From a plasmid, in the sequence record NZ_CP049149.1: a stretch of DNA of 64,000 nucleotides. The stretch is one strand, 5' to 3'. Numbering within the stretch: position 1 is the first letter of the stretch; every line of letters starts with the position of its first letter. Below the pieces are notes generated by a model. That model was not told the DNA's origin and made no database searches. It saw nothing but the letters and a program-made list of their open reading frames with translations. Made by a program: the position numbers and the translations under genes. Of the stretch, positions 57,201 to 64,000 are shown piece after piece.

Positions 57201-58801
57201 CTTCTCAGCGTGCTGCCAACGCATCCCAGCGCGCCGCGAAGAAAGAAGAGAATGCGCAACGCAGGCTGGCGGCTGGCTACCAGAAAGCGCTGGACAGAGC
57301 CGATCAGCTGATGGGGCAGATGGGTGAAAGCTCAAAGGCTACGGTCTCGTTTGACCAGTCTCTTCGCGATACGACCAAATCGCTGACTGACCTGGCCAAC
57401 GCTGTTCCGAATGAGTTCATTACTCAGGAGATGATCGACAAGGCCAAAGCCCGGCTGGCAGATCTGGCTGGTGCGAGTGCCGAATATCGCGAGATGTTTA
57501 ACCGTCGCAACGTCGAGCAGATGATCTCCACCTGGGCGCCCGAATCCAGCTCAATCATCAACGCTGGCTACACGCAGTCTCGTGAAGAGCGGGTGGCGGA
57601 GTTTAACGACACGTACAACCGCAATCTCAAGGCACTGATGGAGCTGCGGGACAAGGCCTCAGATCCGAAAATTGTGGCGCTCTTTAACAAGCAAATCAAA
57701 CGGCTTGTTGCTGCGGGCAATACCGCGCTCATTAAAGAGACCGGTACGGCGACGCAGAAGATGGCGCTGGAGTTTGAGAATCTGGCCGAGCAGATCGAAA
57801 ACAGCTGGAGCAATCTCTTTAGCAACCTGACCGAGACGCTGACTGACTTTGTCATGAAGGGGAAACTGGACTTCTCCAGCCTGGCAGAATCTATCCTCCG
57901 GGATATCACCAACATGGTCGTAAAGACGCAAATTACCTTGCCTCTTATGAATATGTTGGGGATGGGAACGACGGCAGCAGGCAATGGCCAGAGTGGAAAC
58001 CTGATGAACGGTGTCGCTTCTGCAATTGCCAATCAGGGGGTGTCGCTTGGTTCCGCAGGCGGCGCGGTGGCAAACGGCGATAAGACGGTAGGCGAAGCCA
58101 CCAAAGAGACAGCCTCCGGGGTCGACTCAATGGGGCAGGCATCCCAGAACGCAGCAAATGGCTTAAGCCAGGCTGTATCTGGTGTCTGGGACTGGACAAA
58201 ATCCCTGTTTACCGGCACCGACGCGACCAAAGACCAGACTAAGGCGGTGAACAGCAGCATCCTCAGCATGAGCAACCTTTCTACGGTGGCTTCCGGGCTG
58301 GCTGCCACGTTCGCAATGATTGGCGCGAACTCTTCCAGCTCTTCAAGTCGCTGGTTGAACTTCGGTATGTCTCTGGCGAGTACTGCGGTTGCTGCCTGGG
58401 CTGGCTCTTCTTCCTCGGCGAACGTGAAAGCGCACGCAAATGGCGGCATCTTCGGTAAGAACGGCGCGGTCCCGTTGCGCGCATACCAGACGGGGGGTAT
58501 CGCAACCTCGCCGCAACTGGCGTTGTTCGGGGAAGGTTCTATGAACGAGGCCTACGTCCCGCTTCCGGACGGCAAGACCATTCCGGTGACGCTGTCTGGT
58601 GATGTGGGCGGAGGCAAAGTCATGGCACCGGTATCCATCAGCATCAACGTCACGAAAGAGGGCGGTTCCGAGAGCAGCTCTGGCGACGAAAAAGGCGCAT
58701 GGACTGGCGCAGCCAAGCAGATAAAAGCGATTGTGCTCGACACCATCGCGCAGGAGAAACGCTCGGGCGGTTCACTCAACAAGTATACCGCGCGAGGGTG
58801 A
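54272..58801 (+). CDS. tail tape measure protein
   Basis: 1509 aa, extended alpha-helical, Gly/Ser/Ala-rich C-terminal region. Confidence 0.85.
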   Translation: MAEDDKGMSQNVEFILSLEDKQFTASIDRAGKLLTRFGEQATKPAQKINSLERSLGSVSRIIGVLESRLDATADKLQDVAAGFELVSDASRKARGNITSLNAGLKALVERVDSTTSSVNKLTTSLRKVQSELNEFSDWATFASKSASRFGMEVKETSSAIGGMNTRLGATSKKLSNWGVTTSQAAEGLKKVRDQMDAVIGRQQLIGKPVRVRTVGNGDGSGHGGNGRRDGFAGHGGRSSEGSMFSGLRGNIFLLGEVGDAARTVTDILFGWQKPIVEASAQMERMRVMLRGLNKDKANPAQAAADDMQYIVGMAQNAPFAMEALTDAFVKFRSAGLDPTDGSMKSLVDSVARFGGDSVLLKRAAVAVQQMSGKGVVSMEELRQQLGEAVPNAMQAMADAAGITMGELTKAVASGTVEAKQALSLMFVGLRAENQNAAKDMMQTYTGALAQLQTSFTLFADRVGQAGYLDSLSKGMKELASIMNSAEGISFANSLGSGLNSAIDSLRDLAQWLARNQELVTSLGEAVAAMVAFKIMRAGIMGVVGTAGEMVNAFAKMSTAIQAPFNMGATAVTRFNRAARMGLGPIPSLIFSIRGAIAGLQGAFAGLTAFMAANPIGAAFTVATVAIAGLITYMTMLRSETSKVVDEIRKIPEAMTAAKRAQMVEYKERLDRQISQKQQELNSGEKVIYGPGMAGTTVKVDRQKVESELKDLLAERERLGGAISMGDAAVAKRQAKEAAETQIEKIRADNQVFSASFVKARQEALEKIQKITDDKSLSDDEKNKLLAPLRETVNNSYMKPAQNLVEALSKRKTATEKEIAHYSDLLEKAKKEGNTEQIQKLEGSIRGYQEHLEAVAQELTQAEFERDSASKTGKGVVSNQGTVLGLGTNDKASQKALAQFMRNQMDSARYQRTMPDGTPMLDFEGKPIVGPKQLKTQLSLQKASSANSLEKMSDEERTAAIAALTKARELDAAAAEKASQRAANASQRAAKKEENAQRRLAAGYQKALDRADQLMGQMGESSKATVSFDQSLRDTTKSLTDLANAVPNEFITQEMIDKAKARLADLAGASAEYREMFNRRNVEQMISTWAPESSSIINAGYTQSREERVAEFNDTYNRNLKALMELRDKASDPKIVALFNKQIKRLVAAGNTALIKETGTATQKMALEFENLAEQIENSWSNLFSNLTETLTDFVMKGKLDFSSLAESILRDITNMVVKTQITLPLMNMLGMGTTAAGNGQSGNLMNGVASAIANQGVSLGSAGGAVANGDKTVGEATKETASGVDSMGQASQNAANGLSQAVSGVWDWTKSLFTGTDATKDQTKAVNSSILSMSNLSTVASGLAATFAMIGANSSSSSSRWLNFGMSLASTAVAAWAGSSSSANVKAHANGGIFGKNGAVPLRAYQTGGIATSPQLALFGEGSMNEAYVPLPDGKTIPVTLSGDVGGGKVMAPVSISINVTKEGGSESSSGDEKGAWTGAAKQIKAIVLDTIAQEKRSGGSLNKYTARG

Positions 58802-58844
58802 TTAACCCGGCCGCTCTTCGGGGCGGCCATCACAAGGATGTGAG

Positions 58845-59180
58845 ATGACAAGGAAAACTTTTACCTGGTATCCGGATTATGAGTCCGAGAAAACGGTTAA
58901 GCCCAATGTAACGATCCTGAGCTACGGCGATGACTATGAGCAGCGCCAGTCGCAGGGGCTTAATCGCATTAAAGAAGAGTGGTCTCTGACCTTTACACGC
59001 TCCTACGACATCATCAATGCCGTAGACGACTTCCTCACCGAGCGCGGCGCGGTTGAGTCCTTTTACTGGACGAACCCGCGAGGGAAGAAGATCGTGGTGG
59101 TCTGCGACAGCCATACTGTTAAACGCTACGAGGGCTATCAGGTGTTGACCGCAACCTTCCGGCAAGTGTTCGAGGCTTAG
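58845..59180 (+). CDS. minor tail protein (lambda gpM-like)
   Basis: YGDDYEQRQSQGLNRIKEEWSLTF aligns with lambda M FGDGYSQRAPAGLNANLKTYSVTL. Confidence 0.6.
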   Translation: MTRKTFTWYPDYESEKTVKPNVTILSYGDDYEQRQSQGLNRIKEEWSLTFTRSYDIINAVDDFLTERGAVESFYWTNPRGKKIVVVCDSHTVKRYEGYQVLTATFRQVFEA

Positions 59181-59268
59181 TTTCTCTTGCTGGATAGGTA
59201 AGCACTTATTTACTATTATTAAGGGGCGCTGACAGGATGTTGGCGCTCGTTGTTTCAAGGATGAAATC

Positions 59269-59970
59269 ATGGGTATTAAAGCAGATATTCAGAGCTTGTC
59301 GCCCTCTGCGCTCATTGAGCTGTTCGTGCTGGATATGTCCAACACGACGTCCGGAGGTAAGCGATATTTTCATGCTGGCACCAATGAACTGAGCCAGCCA
59401 ATCATATGGCAGGGGATCAGTTACGAGCCGTGGCCAATTGTCGCATCTGGTTTTGACAAATCAGGTCAGGGAACGCTGCCGCGTCCAAAAATTCAGGTTT
59501 CGAACTTTGGCGGCACGGTCTCTGCTGAAGTTCAGGCGAATGACGATCTGGTTGGGTGCAAAATCACGCGAAAACTGACCCTCGCGCGTTTTCTCGATGC
59601 CGCCAATTTCGAAGATGGAAACCCTACAGCAGATCCGAACCAGCATTTCCCGGATGAAATGTGGTTTATCGAACAGAAGACGCTGGAGACACACCAGGTT
59701 GTCGAGTTCGAGCTGTCCAGCGTGTTCGACCTGATGGGGGTGCAGCTGCCGTACCGGCAGATCATCAAAAACACCTGCCCGTGGAAATATCGCGGCGCAG
59801 AGTGTGGCTACACCGGCCCCTATTTTGACAAGAACAACAGGCAGACAACGCTTGCCGCCGCGGATTACTGCACCAAGCGCTATGACGCCTGCACAGCCAG
59901 AAAGAACTTTTTCGCCAATGGCGTTATTCACTTTGGCGGGTTTATCGGGGCGACGCGCTATGAGTCATAA
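59269..59970 (+). CDS. minor tail protein (lambda gpL-like)
   Basis: GKRYFHAG, IIWQGISYEPWPI, NTCPWKYRGAECGY, HFGGF blocks as in lambda L. Confidence 0.65.
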   Translation: MGIKADIQSLSPSALIELFVLDMSNTTSGGKRYFHAGTNELSQPIIWQGISYEPWPIVASGFDKSGQGTLPRPKIQVSNFGGTVSAEVQANDDLVGCKITRKLTLARFLDAANFEDGNPTADPNQHFPDEMWFIEQKTLETHQVVEFELSSVFDLMGVQLPYRQIIKNTCPWKYRGAECGYTGPYFDKNNRQTTLAAADYCTKRYDACTARKNFFANGVIHFGGFIGATRYES

Positions 59971-60757
59971 ATCGCTCCCTGCGCTGTCTTCTGACGTGAT
60001 GCAGCAAATCTATCTCTGCGCCATCAATCGCTACCCAAATGAAGCGTGTGGCTTTCTGGTGCGTACCCGTGGCGAAAAGTATCGCTTCATGGAAGCGAGA
60101 AACGTGTCGGAAGACCCGCGGAATACGTTTGTCATGCACGCCGAAGACATCATCGCGGCCGAGGATGCCGGAGAGGTGGTTGCCATCTGGCACTCTCACG
60201 TCGACCAGTCTGCGGAAGCGTCCGATGCAGATCGCGCCGGGTGTGAGGTAACAGAAATTCCGTGGCTGATCCTCGCGATTCGAAAGAGTGTGGATGCTGA
60301 AGCGCCATACCACTTTAGCGAAATGAACGTAATCACCCCAGAGGGATTTGAGATGCCCTATCTGGGGCGCCCCTATGTGTTCGGTGTATTCGACTGCTGG
60401 ATGCTTTGCCGCGATTACCTCAAGCGCGAGTTTAACGTTGAGCTGAACGCCAATGCGCACCTGCATATCCCATCCTGGTATACCGGTGACGACGATATTC
60501 TCGACCAGAACTACCGCAATGAGGGGTTGGTTCGCCTTGCCCCCGGCACGGAGCCGCGGCGAGGCGATATCTTCTTCATCCAGTACGGAAAAATGCCCGA
60601 CCACTGCGCGGTCTACATCGGTGACGGCATGATTTTGCATCACCAGATCGACCGTCTGAGCTGCCGTACCTATTACGGCGGCATGTACCAAAAACACACG
60701 ACGCATCATTTGCGTCACAGAGACTTACTCAAGGGAGATGAGACGTGTCTGAGTTAG
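59960..60757 (+). CDS. tail assembly protein (lambda gpK-like; MPN/JAB + NlpC/P60)
   Basis: JAMM-like HSHVDQSAEASDAD motif plus NlpC/P60-like FDCWMLCRDY...H; ATG 59960 overlaps gpL-like stop. Confidence 0.7.
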   Translation: MSHKSLPALSSDVMQQIYLCAINRYPNEACGFLVRTRGEKYRFMEARNVSEDPRNTFVMHAEDIIAAEDAGEVVAIWHSHVDQSAEASDADRAGCEVTEIPWLILAIRKSVDAEAPYHFSEMNVITPEGFEMPYLGRPYVFGVFDCWMLCRDYLKREFNVELNANAHLHIPSWYTGDDDILDQNYRNEGLVRLAPGTEPRRGDIFFIQYGKMPDHCAVYIGDGMILHHQIDRLSCRTYYGGMYQKHTTHHLRHRDLLKGDETCLS

Positions 60758-61356
60758 TGCATGTGCAACTTGGCGGCGCTATGGCAAAGCACTTTGGTCG
60801 CCACTGGCATCTGAAGGTACGCAATACCAAACAGGCCATTGATCTGATTGAGGCGAACCGCCCAGGGTTCAAAGCGTGGATCAAGCGCAACATGAACACC
60901 TACGACAAGTACCACATTCAGATTACCAATAAGCAGGGTCATAAGTGGTCAATGGACGAGACCGAATACCAGATGATGGGGGAGTCGGACAACATCTCCA
61001 GAATCCGCATTACCCCCGTTCCCCGTGGTAGCGGTGGCTCCGGCTTCGGGTGGTTTCAGACGCTTGTCGGGGCTGCAATGGTTGTCGTGGGCGCATTCAC
61101 TTCCGTTGTGACTGGCGGCGCGGCGTCGGCGTTAGTGGCTGGTGGTCTGTCGCTAATGATGGGGGGTATTTCCATGCTGCTTTCGCCACAGGCTGCAAAC
61201 AGCTCTGTGAGGCAGGCGGATAACACCGAATCGTTCTATTTCGATGGACCGCAGAACACCACAAACCAGGGCAACCCGGTACAGCTTATTTACGGAGAAG
61301 AAGTGTTGGTTGGTTCGCAGGTCGTGAGTTCCTCCATCACCATCGACCAAATTTAA
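60745..61356 (+). CDS. tail assembly protein (lambda gpI-like)
   Basis: size, position and Gly-rich hydrophobic C-terminal half like lambda I. Confidence 0.6.
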   Translation: MSELVHVQLGGAMAKHFGRHWHLKVRNTKQAIDLIEANRPGFKAWIKRNMNTYDKYHIQITNKQGHKWSMDETEYQMMGESDNISRIRITPVPRGSGGSGFGWFQTLVGAAMVVVGAFTSVVTGGAASALVAGGLSLMMGGISMLLSPQAANSSVRQADNTESFYFDGPQNTTNQGNPVQLIYGEEVLVGSQVVSSSITIDQI

Positions 61357-61377
61357 TCACAAGGGAATTTTTGAACA

Positions 61378-64000
61378 TGGATCAGTTCAAGAAGAAAAAA
61401 TTGCCGCTCCTGATTGCCGGGGCGGGTGGTAAGAAGAAAGGCGGTGGCTCCAGCCGCACACCAGTTGAAGCCAATGACACCGTTAATTCGCGTGCGATGG
61501 CATCCATCCTCGATCTGCTCGGAGAAGGTGTCATCGGCGGGCTTGTGGACGGCGCAAAATCGATCTTCATTGATAACCTGCCGATTATCAACGAGGACGG
61601 CTCCTCAAACTTCAGCGGGATTACCTGGGAGTTCCGCGACGGCTCGCAAGACCAGACTCCAATGGCCGGGTTCGACTTCGTCGAAACGCCGAAATCAGTC
61701 AACATCCAGCTGAAGAGAACGCACCCTGTTACTGTGGCCATCGACAACGATGATGCCGACCGGGTTCGTGTCATCATGAAGTTCCCGTCGCTTCGTAGCA
61801 TCAGCAAAAAAACTGGCGATACCAACGGTACGACGGTTCAGTACAGGTTCCAAATCGCGAATGGCGATGACACATTCAGAGATGCGATCCCGGAAGGAGA
61901 GAAAAGCGCAGAAATCACGCTGACTGCTAAAAAGTCTGGCGTGTACTACCGCAGCTACGAGCTGAAGCTGCCGAAGCCAGGTCGTTCGTACAAAATCCGT
62001 GTAACCAGACTGACGGATGACAGCACCTCGTCGTACCTCTTCAACGATACCTGGGTCGACTCCCTCGGTGAAATTGTCGATACCCCGATGAACTACCCGA
62101 ACTCGGTTCTTTGCGGCCTGAAAGTTAACTCTGAACAGTTCGGCGGCACCATGCCAGCACGTTCGTATCTGGTCAGAGGGTTAAAGATCCGTGTGCCGGC
62201 GAATTACAACGAGACCTCAAATACCTATGTTGGCGTCTGGGATGGCACCTTTAAGCTGCTGTCGTCCTCGAACCCAGCCTGGATTCTCTTCGACCTGCTT
62301 ACCAATACTCGCTATGGCCTGGGTCAGTTTGTCTCGGAATCCATGATCGACCTCGGCCAGCTGTACCAGATTGGCCGCTATTGCGACGAAGAAGTTAACG
62401 ATGGCTTCGGCGGCAAAGAGAAGCGCTTTGCCATCAATACGCAGATCACCAGTCGCCAGGACGCCTATCGTCTGATTCAGGACATCGCTGGGGCATTCCG
62501 GGGCATGGTCTTCTGGGCTGGCGGTATGGTGAACATCATGCAAGACAGCCCGTCAGATCCGGTCATGATGTTCACCAACGCGAACGTCAAAGACGGCATG
62601 TTCACCTACAAAGGCTCTGCACGAAAAGACCGTCCTTCTGTTGCGCTGATTACCTACAACAACAAAGAGGATGGGTATAAGCAGAACGTTGAATATGTCG
62701 AAGATCAGGAAGCGATGGCTCGCTATGGGGAGCGTAAGACCGAGTCTGTGGCATTCGGATGCACTAGTCGAGGACAGGCTCACCGTGTAGGGCTTTGGCT
62801 GCTCTATACCGCGCGTATGGAGTCGGACATGATCACTTTCACCGCGGGGCTTGATGCTTCCTTCCTGATGCCCGGCGAGACCGTGCTTATTCAAAATAAG
62901 TATCGTGCCGGTAAGCGAAACTCCGGTCGTATCATGGCGTTCGACCGGAACAGCATCACTCTGGATGCGCCCGTCAAGCTCATGAAAAGCGGCAGCTTCA
63001 TCCGGATCTTGAATCAGGATGCGGAAATCGTTGAACGCGACATTCTGGAAACTGGCGAGGACATCACGAAAGTGACCTTTACGAAGGCGCTCGCCCCCAA
63101 TGAAATGCCTGTGCTGAACGGTGTCTGGACGATCACCGAGCCAGACCTGGAGCCAATGCGCGTGCGCATCATCAGCATCGCACAAGGCGAAACTGCCGGG
63201 TCATTTGACATTACCGCAGTAGAAAACAACCCGACCAAGTATGAAGCGATAGATAACGGGGCAACACTGATTGCGCAGAATACGACTGTGCTCGATCCCA
63301 CGTACTCCAAACCCTCTAACCTGCAAATTTCCGAGGGAACGTACATCTCAAGCCCCGGCAACCTGTCCGTGAAGTTGATCGCGACGTGGGAGGGCAAGTC
63401 GCCAGAATACTGGATCAGCTGGCGTCGCTCCGACGAAAACCATGTGTCCAACTGGCAGTCTGCGCGCGTCACCGAAGAGCAGTACGAAATCGCCAATGTT
63501 GCTGAGAATGGCCAGTACGACTTTCAGCTTTACGCGGTGTCGTTCAGCGGCAAAAAGACTGAAGTCATCAGCACCGTTTACAAGGTTCTGGGAACGATGA
63601 CGCCGCCATCTGCACCTAGTGGCCTGACTGCCGTTGGCGACTATCGCAATGTGATCCTGAATTGGGTTAACCCTGACTCCGTTGACCTCGATCACATCAA
63701 TGTTTACGCATCCAGAATTAATGACCTGAGCACCGCAAAACTGGTCGCGGAAGCTGCCAGCACCACCTTTACCCACGCTGGGTTGGGGGACAGCGAAACC
63801 TGGTTCTATTGGGTGCGCGCGGTAAACAAACGCGGCATGTTGAGTCCGCCGAACTCAAATCTTGGCACCGAAGCGATGACCAGAGACGTGCTCTCGTTCC
63901 TGACCGGGAAAATCACTTCTTCAGAGCTGGGGCAGGAGCTGCTGGAAGAGATCGACACCAAAGTCTCGCAGGAGGCGGTGGACGCCATTTATCAGCAAAT
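61378..64000 (+). CDS. central tail fibre / host specificity protein (lambda gpJ-like), partial at window end
   Basis: blocks GVWDGTFK, DGFGGKEKRF, FGCTSRGQAHRVGLWL, fibronectin-III-like repeats; frame open to position 64000. Confidence 0.85.

Noticed and set aside
1-64000. Prophage boundary (integrase, att site, flanking tRNA)
   Set aside because: No tyrosine or serine recombinase and no tRNA were detected. Gene content is consistent with a free phage genome segment.

Overview
The window is a contiguous stretch of a tailed dsDNA phage genome (siphovirus-like, enterobacterial host). No integrase or attachment site is visible, and it is mosaic.

- Positions 1-18.2 kb: an early nucleotide-metabolism, replication and recombination region. 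It encodes an SbcD/SbcC-like nuclease pair, a RuvC-like resolvase, class Ia ribonucleotide reductase NrdA/NrdB, a MazG-like pyrophosphohydrolase and an enlarged ThyA-like thymidylate synthase. It also encodes DHFR, a dNMP-kinase-like protein, a DnaQ-like exonuclease, a phage Dam-like N6-adenine methyltransferase and a host-like RNase HI.
- Positions 18.2-39.3 kb: an accessory, moron-rich region of many small ORFs. Most sit behind a conserved ~35-bp promoter/operator-like repeat. It carries a complete type IC restriction-modification system (hsdM-hsdS-hsdR, minus strand, low GC) abutted by an ISAs1-family transposase. The R-M island lies between two diverged paralogous gene cassettes. The region also holds a GNAT acetyltransferase pair, apparently decayed small genes with in-frame stops, a near-consensus LexA box, long untranslated C-rich/G-poor tracts, iteron-like clusters and an AT-rich minus-strand island with a lipoprotein.
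- Positions 39.5-44.7 kb: a minus-strand SF2 helicase + RHH pair. It is divergent from a translationally coupled operon of two ParB-like proteins, an ABC-type ATPase, a small protein, a GNAT-fold-like protein and a wHTH protein.
- Positions 44.7-64 kb: the virion module. It runs TerS, TerL, portal, scaffold, major capsid, head-tail proteins, major tail with Ig-like domain, G/GT-like chaperone, tape measure and lambda gpM/L/K/I-like proteins, ending with a partial gpJ-like central tail fibre.

Three families of repeated DNA elements are spread through the genome: a quasi-palindromic AACAAATTGTT-containing promoter-like repeat, a 20-bp ATAGGTAAGTACTTACCTAT palindrome family, and two copies of a ~60-80-bp large palindrome. 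The strongest novelty candidates are the phage-borne type I R-M/IS island and its regulatory context, the uncharacterised ParB-ParB-ATPase-GNAT-fold cassette next to the terminase, and the non-coding C-rich tracts and iteron clusters.
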